Shown piece by piece: positions 18,035-26,201 of a stretch of 64,000 nucleotides of DNA. The stretch is from NCBI GenBank assembly GCA_965261845.1, contig OZ253475.1:2108967-2172966 (forward strand), given 5' to 3'. Source of the DNA: Candidatus Foliamicus sp. (GTDB lineage: Bacteria; Pseudomonadota; Gammaproteobacteria; Steroidobacterales; Foliamicaceae). Position 1 is the stretch's first letter. Each line of letters opens with the position of its first letter. The notes below the pieces were generated by a model. It saw only the letters and a program-made list of their open reading frames with translations. It ran no database searches and had not been told where the DNA came from. A program made the translations under genes and the position numbers.

Positions 18035-18853
18035 ATGACAAAAGAACACGTGGAGAACCTGGCCGCTCTTGAAGTCACTCCCGCTCCCTGGAATCCCGAG
18101 GGGCTGGCCCCCGGCACGCAACTTCGTCGGCTTGCCAGCGATCCGGATAACGGCGGTTTTACCGGCCTTGTTGACCTGCCCGCGGGCTATGACGGCGGAT
18201 CGGCGATAAGTTGCAATACGGCTATGCGCCTGTTCGTAATCGACGGCGAGTTGCGGATGGGCGAGCACCGACTGGGGCCCGGTGGTTTCTGCTACCACCC
18301 CGCAGGTTCCGCGCACGGCCGGTGGCGCTCACCGCACGGCGCGCGCGTGTTCTCGGTTTTCCTGGAGGCCCCCGAATTTCCAGCGGAGCAAGGTGATGCG
18401 GGCTCCCCGGACCCTGCGGCGGTTGCAGCCCTGGACTCTTGGGCCATGAATTGGCACAACCCACTGGATGCCTGCGATCCAACCGAGAGTTTCCGGCCGG
18501 GAATATTCGTAAAGATCCTGCACGTGGACCCGGACACCCAGGCCAGCACGCACCTCGCCGGCCTGATGCCCGGCTGGTATGCGGAAGGCATGGAAGAACA
18601 CCCGATCTGCGAAGAAAACTATTGCCTGCAGGGCGATGTGCGCATCGGCGAAGTCGGCGAAGAAACAGGCTACACAATGGTCGTCGGCAGCTATATGTGC
18701 CGCCCCGCGGGAATCATTCACGGCCCGCTGGCAAGCAAGAACGGCAACGTCAACCTCTGCTACACCCACGGCCTTCTGGGCATCGACTACACCCAAAACC
18801 CCCGCGCCATGGACATCATCCACAAGCACCTGCGGGAACACCCCTGGACCTGA
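18035..18853 (+). CDS. Bicupin-type protein (ChrR/cupin_7-like C-terminal cupin)
   Basis: The ATG at 18035 ('MTKEHVENLAALEV') is in frame with the 17594 ORF but does not overlap 17385..17936. Motif 'EEHPICEENYCLQGD...RPAGIIHGP'. Confidence 0.6.
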   Translation: MTKEHVENLAALEVTPAPWNPEGLAPGTQLRRLASDPDNGGFTGLVDLPAGYDGGSAISCNTAMRLFVIDGELRMGEHRLGPGGFCYHPAGSAHGRWRSPHGARVFSVFLEAPEFPAEQGDAGSPDPAAVAALDSWAMNWHNPLDACDPTESFRPGIFVKILHVDPDTQASTHLAGLMPGWYAEGMEEHPICEENYCLQGDVRIGEVGEETGYTMVVGSYMCRPAGIIHGPLASKNGNVNLCYTHGLLGIDYTQNPRAMDIIHKHLREHPWT

Positions 18854-18860
18854 CACTGAT

Positions 18861-18891
18861 GCCCTCCCGTGAGCGAGGGCATCCTGCCCCC
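18861..18891. repeat. REP-like element, degenerate copy
   Basis: 'gccctcccgtgagcgagggcatcctgccccc' shares the gagggcatcctgccc core. Confidence 0.55.
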
Positions 18892-18953
18892 TGCATGAAC
18901 CAATGCTGGGAATATTCACAGCGACCGTGCCGCGCTGACGCGCAAGGAACAAG

Positions 18954-18984
18954 CTGGGAGCGAGGGAAGCCCTCGCTCCCAGGG
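18954..18984. repeat. REP-like variant hairpin (ctgggagcgaggg-aag-ccctcgctcccag)
   Basis: 13-bp perfect stem read directly. It shares the outer CTGGGA.CGAGGG arm with the family. Confidence 0.7.
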
Positions 18985-19022
18985 AAACGCAAGCGGGACG
19001 CCGGCCTGAATTCGAAACACCG

Positions 19023-20222
19023 ATGCTGGTAAACCTGGATCGCGCCCGCGCCAAAATGGAGGAAGCCGGCCTCGAAGCCATGGTGTGCGTGCAACCCGTC
19101 AATGTCTATTACTCAAGCGGCTACCAATCCGACTGGCTGTTCGACTACCAATGGGCCGGCTGCGCCATCCTTCCCCTGGCCGAGGACCGCCCCGCCACGC
19201 TCATCGTCCACGATGTCGAACTCACCAATCTCGCCGAGCATCCCAGTTGGATGCCCGAATTGCGCATCTACGAAACCCAGGTCGGCGAAGACATCTTCTG
19301 CCACTACACCGTGGATGAGGAAGCCGAGCTGGAGGAATCCGACCGCAAGACCCTGGCACTCATGGAGTCCACACGCGCAACGGCCAGCGTGGGCGTGGTG
19401 GAAGCGGTACTCAAGGCGCTGACCGAGGGCGGCTACCGGCGACTCGGTTTCGATGATGCGCGACTGGCCGCGCTTTGCGCCGAGCGTCTTTCCGATGTTG
19501 AATGCCTTGATCGGCCCGATTTGATGACACAGATTCGCGCGGTCAAGACCCCCGCCGAACTCGATTTGATGCGCGAGGCAGGCCGGCGGAACCAGCATGC
19601 CCTGCGCGTTGCCATCGATGCCGCCGGAGTGGGAGTGCAGTGGTCGGAGATCCGCCGCGCATGGCACCGCTCGGTGGCCGAGCAGGACTGCATGCCCTGG
19701 TGCATTTACGTGGGCGCAGGCCACAAGAGCATGGGCCTGTGGCACGATCACGATTACCCTATTCGCGCGGGGGACCAACTGTGCTTCGACTCCATGCTGA
19801 CCTGGAATCGCTACTTCGGCGACATGCAGCGCACCTGCGTAATGGGCTCGCCCGGCGCCAAGCTGCAGCGCTACTGGAAGGCCGCCTACGCCGCCGCCGA
19901 GGCCGTGTTCGAGGCCATGCGGCCCGGAGTGAGCACCATCGAGTTGCGCAGCCTGGCGCTGGACGTCGGCAAGCGCGGCGGAATCAAGGGGTTCCGCCAC
20001 GCCTTCATCCATGGGCTGGGACTTGAGCACCTGGAACTGCCCGGCGCCGCTCCCGGACTGAGCGGCTTCGAGCTGGAAGAAGGCATGGTCGTGAACATGG
20101 ACATGGAGGTATGCGAGATCGGGTTCGGCGGCATCTACTACGAGAACACGCTGCTGATCGGCCGGGACGGCCCCGAGTACTTGTGCGACATGCCGCGTGA
20201 ACTGATTCACCTGCCTTGTTGA
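19023..20222 (+). CDS. M24 family metallopeptidase-like protein (creatinase/prolidase type)
   Basis: 'MLVNLDRARAKMEEAGLEAMVCVQPVNVYYSSGY', 'CFDSMLTWNRYFGDMQRT', 'HGLGLEHLE', 'NMDMEV', 'YYENTLLI'. Clear paralog of 8413..9618. Confidence 0.8.
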   Translation: MLVNLDRARAKMEEAGLEAMVCVQPVNVYYSSGYQSDWLFDYQWAGCAILPLAEDRPATLIVHDVELTNLAEHPSWMPELRIYETQVGEDIFCHYTVDEEAELEESDRKTLALMESTRATASVGVVEAVLKALTEGGYRRLGFDDARLAALCAERLSDVECLDRPDLMTQIRAVKTPAELDLMREAGRRNQHALRVAIDAAGVGVQWSEIRRAWHRSVAEQDCMPWCIYVGAGHKSMGLWHDHDYPIRAGDQLCFDSMLTWNRYFGDMQRTCVMGSPGAKLQRYWKAAYAAAEAVFEAMRPGVSTIELRSLALDVGKRGGIKGFRHAFIHGLGLEHLELPGAAPGLSGFELEEGMVVNMDMEVCEIGFGGIYYENTLLIGRDGPEYLCDMPRELIHLPC

Positions 20223-20236
20223 GCGGATAGAACGCC

Positions 20237-20515
20237 ATGGCGAAGAGAAACGACTGGCTGGGGGATCCGATGCTGGACCGCATGATGAACGTCATCATGG
20301 GGCTGGCCGAGGAGTTGTACGTCACACGCGACCGGCTACGGGTGATGGAGCAGGTGCTGGAGGGACGCGGCGCGCTCAACCGCGAAGAACTCGATCAGTG
20401 GCAACCGGATAATCGCCAGCAAGACGAAATCCTGCGCGACCGCGACGCCTTTGTGCAGGCAATTCTTTCCCGCGCGCTGGACAAGCCCCCGAAGGAAAGC
20501 GAACCCGGGGCTTGA
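20237..20515 (+). CDS. Small hypothetical protein, translationally coupled to the downstream permease
   Basis: 92-aa ORF. Its stop overlaps the 20512 start of the APC permease. The sequence is charged and helical-looking ('LAEELYVTRDRLRVMEQVLEGRGALNREELDQW'). No family recognised. Confidence 0.45.
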   Translation: MAKRNDWLGDPMLDRMMNVIMGLAEELYVTRDRLRVMEQVLEGRGALNREELDQWQPDNRQQDEILRDRDAFVQAILSRALDKPPKESEPGA

Positions 20516-21894
20516 GCGCTTCTCCAATGCGGCCGGCGGGGGACCGCTTTGCGCGGGTGCTCAAGACGCGCCACGTCCTGACGCTGGCCTTCGGCGCGAT
20601 GATCGGCTGGAGCTGGGTGCTGATGACCGGCTACTGGGTCGGCAACGCAGGCAGTGTAGGAACCCTGCTGGCATTCGCAGCCGGAGGCCTGGTCATCGGG
20701 TTTATTGCATTGACCTATGCGGAACTGGCCTCGGCCATGCCGCGGGCGGGTGGGGAGCACGTGTATACCCACGCCGGCCTGGGGCCGGGCTGGTCATTCG
20801 TTTGCACCTGGGCATTGCTGATGGCGTACGTCACGGTTTGCGTGTTCGAGTCGGTGGCTCTGCCGACGGCGGTCGAATACCTGATCCCCGCGATCCGGAT
20901 GGGCGAACTGTGGCAGGTCGCGGGAGCGCCCGTGGACGGCGGATTTGTTCTGGTGGGTCTGGCCGGCGCCGTGACGATGACGGCGATCAACCTGTTGGGC
21001 ATACGCACGGCTGCCATTGTGCAAGGCATCGTGACCACAATGATCCTTGTCTCCGGAGTGGTGTTGTTCAGCGGCGCCGTGGGCTTCGGCTCACCGGAAA
21101 TGGCCAGTCCGCCGATTGCCGTCCCCGCCACCGGAATTCTCAGCGTGCTGATCATGGTCCCGGCGTTGCTGGTGGGCTTTGACGTGCTGCCGCAGTCGGC
21201 CGAGGAAATCGACCTGCCGCCCCGCCGCATCGGGCGGCTGCTGGTCATCTCCCTGGTCATGGCGGTGCTGTGGTACGCAGCCATCGCGTATTCGGTGGCG
21301 GTCGCGCTCACGCCTGAAGAACTGGCAGGCGACGGCCTGATTACGGCCGACGCCGCCCGCAAGCTATGGTCAAACGCCGGAACCGGATCCTGGGCGGGCG
21401 TGGCCCTGACTGTGGGCGGCATCGGCGGAATATTGACGAGTTGGAACGCGTTTCTGATCGGCGGCAGCCGGGTAGTGTTCGCGCTTGCGGAATCCGGCAC
21501 GCTGCCGAGGGCTTTCGCCCGCCTTCATCCCCGTTACAGGACGCCCTACCTCGCGGTGCTGGGCATCGGCGCGGTTAGTTGCATCTCGCCGTTGTTCGGA
21601 CGCACGATCCTGGTATGGCTGATCAACTCCGGCAGCTTTGCCGTAGTTGCAGCCTATCTCTTCGTTCCCATCGCATTCCTGGCGCTGCGGCGAAAGCAGC
21701 CCGATCTGCCCCGGCCATACAAATTGCGATATCCACGCCTTGTCGGTATCTCCGCAATCGTGCTGGCGTCCGGCCTGCTATGCCTGTATATGCCGTTCAG
21801 TCCCTCGACTCTCGCCTGGCCGCAGGAATGGGGCATGGTGCTGGGCTGGGGAGCGCTGGGCGCGCTGGTCTGGTTTACTCGCCGGAAGAGTTGA
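20512..21894 (+). CDS. APC superfamily amino acid/polyamine permease
   Basis: 12-TM-like hydrophobic profile. N-terminal signature 'LKTRHVLTLAFGAMIGWSWVLMTG...TYAELASAMPRAGGEHVY'. Confidence 0.85.
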   Translation: MSASPMRPAGDRFARVLKTRHVLTLAFGAMIGWSWVLMTGYWVGNAGSVGTLLAFAAGGLVIGFIALTYAELASAMPRAGGEHVYTHAGLGPGWSFVCTWALLMAYVTVCVFESVALPTAVEYLIPAIRMGELWQVAGAPVDGGFVLVGLAGAVTMTAINLLGIRTAAIVQGIVTTMILVSGVVLFSGAVGFGSPEMASPPIAVPATGILSVLIMVPALLVGFDVLPQSAEEIDLPPRRIGRLLVISLVMAVLWYAAIAYSVAVALTPEELAGDGLITADAARKLWSNAGTGSWAGVALTVGGIGGILTSWNAFLIGGSRVVFALAESGTLPRAFARLHPRYRTPYLAVLGIGAVSCISPLFGRTILVWLINSGSFAVVAAYLFVPIAFLALRRKQPDLPRPYKLRYPRLVGISAIVLASGLLCLYMPFSPSTLAWPQEWGMVLGWGALGALVWFTRRKS

Positions 21895-22020
21895 ACACGC
21901 CAAGCTAGAATAATGGATTCTACGCACCCACGGCATTCCATCCATGCAATCCCGCGCCCTGTAATTGCAGGCATGCCGGGAGTGGAATAATTCGCAGGTG
22001 ACTACAAGGGGGAATAGCCC

Positions 22021-24462
22021 ATGAATGATGTGATACGGCCGCCAAGGCGTGGTTTCTTGGTCAGAAATACTCTCATGGCCTCGGTGGCCTTCTTGATCGC
22101 GCTGCACTGTGCGCCTCCACCGGTCCTCGCCCAAGCCGCGGACGACGACGCAATTGAGGAAATTGTGGTGATCGGGTCGGGCAAGCCGGGGCGCTCGGCT
22201 GCCGAGTCCACGGCGCCCATCGACGTGATATCCGGAGATGCGTTCGGGTTGGTGGGCAATTCGGCGGACATCACCGATAACCTGCGGGTCAACGTCCCAT
22301 CCTACAACGCCAGCGTGGCTTCCGGTGACGGCGATACCTTCGTGCGCCCGACGTCGCTGCGCGGCCTGGCTCCCGATCAAACGCTGGTCATGGTGAACGG
22401 CAAGCGCCGCCACCGCGCCGCGCTGATTGCCGAGTTCGTCCCGTCCGCCGGAAAAGGGGCGCACGGTCCGAACATCGGCATGCTGCCCAGCATTGCATTC
22501 AAGCGCGTTGAGGTATTGCGTGACGGCGCCTCGGCCCAATATGGCGCCGATGCAATCGCCGGCGTGATCCACTTTGTCACCAGGGATGCCGCCGAAGGCG
22601 GTGAGCTTCGGGCTCAATATGGTCAATTCTACGAGGGCGAACAGTCCCTTCAGGTAGCCGGGAATATCGGCCTGCCGATAGGCGGGCGCGGGTTTGTGAA
22701 CCTGAGCGCGGAATATTCGGAGAACGACGGCCTGTCCCGCGGGATTCAGCGGGACAATGCACAGGCGTTGATCGACGCCGGGGTTCCCGGCGTGGGCTCC
22801 GACGCGCCGTTTGACGATGCGCCCTTCGTGCAGACCTGGGGACGGGCGCAGGGTGAGAACGTTCGCCTGTTCTTCAATGCCGGCATTGAAGTCGATGCAT
22901 ACACGACCGTGTACGCGCAGGGCAATTACGCCGATACCTTCGGCCGCTATCGATTTTTCTATCGGGCGCCGGACCACATTACCCTTAGCACCTTGCGCGA
23001 GCAGCATGGATTCACCGGGCTTCCGGCCGGGTTCACGCCCTTCTTTGACGGCGATCAGACCGATGTCAGCATGTTCGGAGGAGTAAAGGGGGAATTTTCC
23101 GGCGGAATTCTGTATGACCTCAGCGTTGGCTACGGTGAGAACCGGATCGACTTTTTCCTGAACAATACGATCAACCAGAGCATCGGCCTGGGCGCTGACG
23201 GCAACCCCGCTCAGCGCAACTTCGATGTGGGCGACCTGGAGCAGCAGGAAACCACGGTCAACGCCGATTTCTCCAAACAGTTCACCGAGTCGGTTCACCT
23301 GGCCTTCGGCGCGGAGTGGCGCGAATAGACCTTTATCGTGATTGCCGGCGAGCCTTCATCGCATTTCGGCGCAGGAAGCAGCGGTTTCAAGGGTTTCGAA
23401 CCGCAAAACGCGGGCGAATTCTCCCGCGACAACTACGCCCTGTACGCCGAAATCGAACAGGACGTCTCGGACAACTTCGTGGCCCAATATGCCTTGCGCT
23501 TCGAGGATTTCTCGGACTTCGGCGACACCATCAACGGCAAGATCGCCGCACGCTATGACGTGACGGAAGCTTTCGCCCTGCGCGGCGCACTCTCCACGGG
23601 TTTCCACGCGCCTACGCCGGGGCAGGCCAATATCCAGAAGATCACTACTACTTTCGATAATGATCTCGGCCTGCAAGTGGAGTCCGGCACGGTTCCTCCC
23701 ACTCACCCTCTGGCCCTGGCGGCCGGGGGCTCGCCGCTCACCGAGGAACAATCGACCAACGTAAGCCTGGGCTTCGCCACCGGCTTCGGAGAAGCCACCA
23801 CGCTGACGGCTGACGTCTATCGGATCGAGATCCAGGACCGCATCTTCAAGACCCAGAACCTGCCGACGATCCATCCGGTCACGGGCGTCGGATCCAACGT
23901 CCAGTTCTTCACCAACGCGCTGGACCTCAACGTCACGGGCCTGGACCTGGTTCTCACGACCGCGTTCGACTGGGGCGCCGGCGGTCTGAACACCGCCCTG
24001 ACCGCGGCCTACAACCACAATGAAGTGAAGGTCGATAGCCAGACCGCCATCAATGGAGTCCTGCCGGTGTCCGCAGCCAGCCTGGAGGACATCGAGGAGA
24101 GCTATCCCCAGGACCGCTTCACCGTCACGGCCAGCACCTCCGCCGGGAACAACTGGAGCCTGCTGGTGCGTTTGAACTACTACGGCGCTCACTACGACGA
24201 GCGCGGGCGCATCGGCGGCGTGGACGGTGGACCGCCCACGCAGAAAGTGGGTGCGACGGTGTTCGTGGATCTGGAGTTGGACTACGACATTTCCGATACG
24301 CTGCGCGTCACCCTGGGCGCGTCCAACGCATTCGACGAATATGTCGACCGAGTCGGCCCGCCCAATGCCAATCGAATGAACGTGGGCCTGCCCTATCCCC
24401 GGCGCACGGCGGCCAATTTCGAAGGCGGCTCCTGGTACCTGCGGGCGGTCTACGGCTGGTAA
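22021..24462 (+). pseudogene. TonB-dependent receptor interrupted by a single in-frame TAG (23326-23328)
   Basis: ORFs 22021..23328 and 23338..24462 are in the same frame. The sequence reads 'LAFGAEWRE*TFIVIAGEPSSHFGAG' across the stop. The plug domain is 'IEEIVVIGSG...LVMVNGKRRH...RVEVLRDGASAQYGADAIAGVIHFVT', and the C-terminus 'WYLRAVYGW' is barrel-like. Confidence 0.75.
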
Positions 24463-24466
24463 GCGT

Positions 24467-24540
24467 GGAAACGAGGGCGTCCCTGGGAACGAGGGCGTCT
24501 CGCCCTCGTCGAGGGCAGGATGCCCTCGTTCCCAGGGGGG
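24467..24540. repeat. REP-like element, 1.5 copies
   Basis: 'ggaaacgagggcgtccctgggaacgagggcgtctcgccctcgtcgagggcaggatgccctcgttcccaggggg', between the convergent TBDR and prfB. Confidence 0.85.
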
Positions 24541-24556
24541 GTATTGCGACCTGACG

Positions 24557-25652
24557 TTAGACGCCCTGCTTCAGACCGGCCTCGATAAACGGATTCAGGG
24601 CCCCGTTCAGCACCGCGGTCGGATTGCTGGACTCGACACCGGTTCGCAGGTCCTTGACCCGCGACTGATCCAGCACATACGAGCGGATCTGGTTGCCCCA
24701 GCCGATATCCACCTTGCTGTCCTCCAGGGCCTGCTGCTCGGCGCGCCGCTCGCGCTCGGCAATCTCGAACAGTTTGGCGCGCAGCTGCTTCATGGCGGTG
24801 GCGCGGTTCTTGTGCTGCGACCGCTCGTTCTGGCATTGCACCACAACCCCGGTGGGCAAATGGGTGATACGCACCGCCGACTCGGTGCGATTGACGTGCT
24901 GGCCGCCGGCGCCGCTGGCACGATACACGTCAACCCGGAGATCGCCAGGATTGACTTCCACTTCCGTGTCCTCTTCAATCTCGGGTGAGACGAATACGCT
25001 GGCGAAGGAGGTGTGCCGGCGAGCGCCGGAATCGAACGGCGACTTGCGCACCAGGCGGTGAACGCCGGTCTCGGTCCGCAACCAGCCGTAGGCGTAGTCG
25101 CCTCGAACGTGCACAGTGGCGCTCTTGATGCCGGCCACTTCACCGTCGGAAGCCTCGATTAACTCAGCCTTGAACCGGTTCTGTTCGCAAAATTTAAGGT
25201 ACATGCGCAGCAGCATCTCAGCGAAGTCTTGCGCATCGTGACCGCCGGAACCTGCCGTCACTTCAAGAAATGCATGAGCCCCGTCCATGGCGCCGCCGAA
25301 CATGCGCCGGAATTCGAGCTGCTCCACCCCAGTGGACAGTTCCTCTATGCCCTGCCCGATATCCTCGAGCGTGGCCTCATCCTGCTCTTCCAGCGCCAAT
25401 TCCAGCAATTCGTCCAATTCGGCGGCGTCCGACGTCAGGCGATCCAGGCCGTCGGTTACCGCCTGTAGCGAAGCCCGTTCGCGGCCCAGCGCTCCGGCGC
25501 GTTGTGAGTCGGACCACACGGAAGAGTCAGCGAGCGTGGTTTCTACCTCGCTTAAGCGCCGGGCCTTGCCAGCGTAATCAAAGATACCCCCTAAGCGCTT
25601 CCAGACGGGCGCCCAGATCGGAAAGGACCGGCTTGAGTTGTGATGATTCCAT
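24557..25652 (-). CDS. prfB: Peptide chain release factor 2, expressed via programmed +1 frameshift
   Basis: Frame 0 from the ATG at 25652 encodes '[24 protein letters not shown]' and then TGA (25580-25578). Shifting +1 continues with '[13 protein letters not shown]...' through to '[19 protein letters not shown]' (GGQ and SPF-region motifs) and the stop at 24557. Confidence 0.95.
25578..25592 (-). promoter_or_regulatory. prfB: RF2 programmed +1 frameshift site (AGG GGG TAT CTT TGA)
   Basis: The minus-strand sequence 'agggggtatctttga' was read directly. It has an internal SD-like AGGGGG, the slippery CTT and an in-frame TGA. Confidence 0.9.
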
Positions 25653-25701
25653 GGCCGCGCAAGCGTACGGCAAACCCCCCGCGCAAAGCAACACAAGCGC
25701 C

Positions 25702-25832
25702 CTGGGAACGAGCCCCCCCTGGGAACGAGCCCCCCCTGGGAACGAGGGCGTCCCGCCCTCGACGAGGGCGGGACGCCCTCGTTCCTATCATTTGGCTACC
25801 GGCGAGGGCAGGATGCCCTCGTTCCCAGGGGG
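25702..25832. repeat. Composite REP-like array: two 17-bp truncated units, one near-full palindrome, one half unit
   Basis: 'ctgggaacgagcccccc' occurs twice (25702-25735). Next comes 'ctgggaacgagggcgtcccgccctcgacgagggcgggacgccctcgttcc' (25736-25785), then 'ggcgagggcaggatgccctcgttcccaggggg' (25801-25832). Confidence 0.85.
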
Positions 25833-25835
25833 CCT

Positions 25836-26201
25836 TTACCGGACGCGCAGGGCGGCGCCGACAGCGCGGCCTTCGGACACCAACACGTTGTAGGTGCGGC
25901 AGGCCGCGCCGGTATCCATAACCTCCAGTCCGATCCCCCGGTTCAGCAGCAGCATGCCAAGTTCCTGTTCCGGGAAACGCTGGCGCTCGCCTGTGCCCAG
26001 AATAATGACATCCGGCTGTTCCTCGATCAACGGCATAAGGTGATCCAGCGTAACCGGATCATCCTCGGAAATAGACCAGGGGCGCACTTTCCGCGGACTG
26101 AGCAATACCGCCTCGCGCCATACGTCGCTGCCGATGCGCAATTCTCCCGGCCGCCACCAACGCACGGTAAGCGCAGCCGCGGTCTCCAGCTGCAGCTTCA
26201 A
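25836..26201 (-). CDS. Mth938-like (DUF498) domain protein
   Basis: 121 aa, with 'PDVIILGTGERQRFPEQELGMLLLNRGIGLEVMDTGAACRTYNVLVSEGRAV', typical of the Mth938/NDUFAF3-like family. Confidence 0.7.
   Translation of the reverse strand: MKLQLETAAALTVRWWRPGELRIGSDVWREAVLLSPRKVRPWSISEDDPVTLDHLMPLIEEQPDVIILGTGERQRFPEQELGMLLLNRGIGLEVMDTGAACRTYNVLVSEGRAVGAALRVR

Noticed and set aside
23326-23328. TAG as a programmed recoding event (pyrrolysine or other) in the TBDR
   Set aside because: There is no pyl-type context, the organism type makes it implausible, and a single nonsense change or a sequencing error is far simpler.
25702-25832. Possible CRISPR-like array suggested by closely spaced repeats
   Set aside because: The repeat units are palindromic REP-like sequences of unequal length with no regular unique spacers of ~30 nt. 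No cas genes are nearby.
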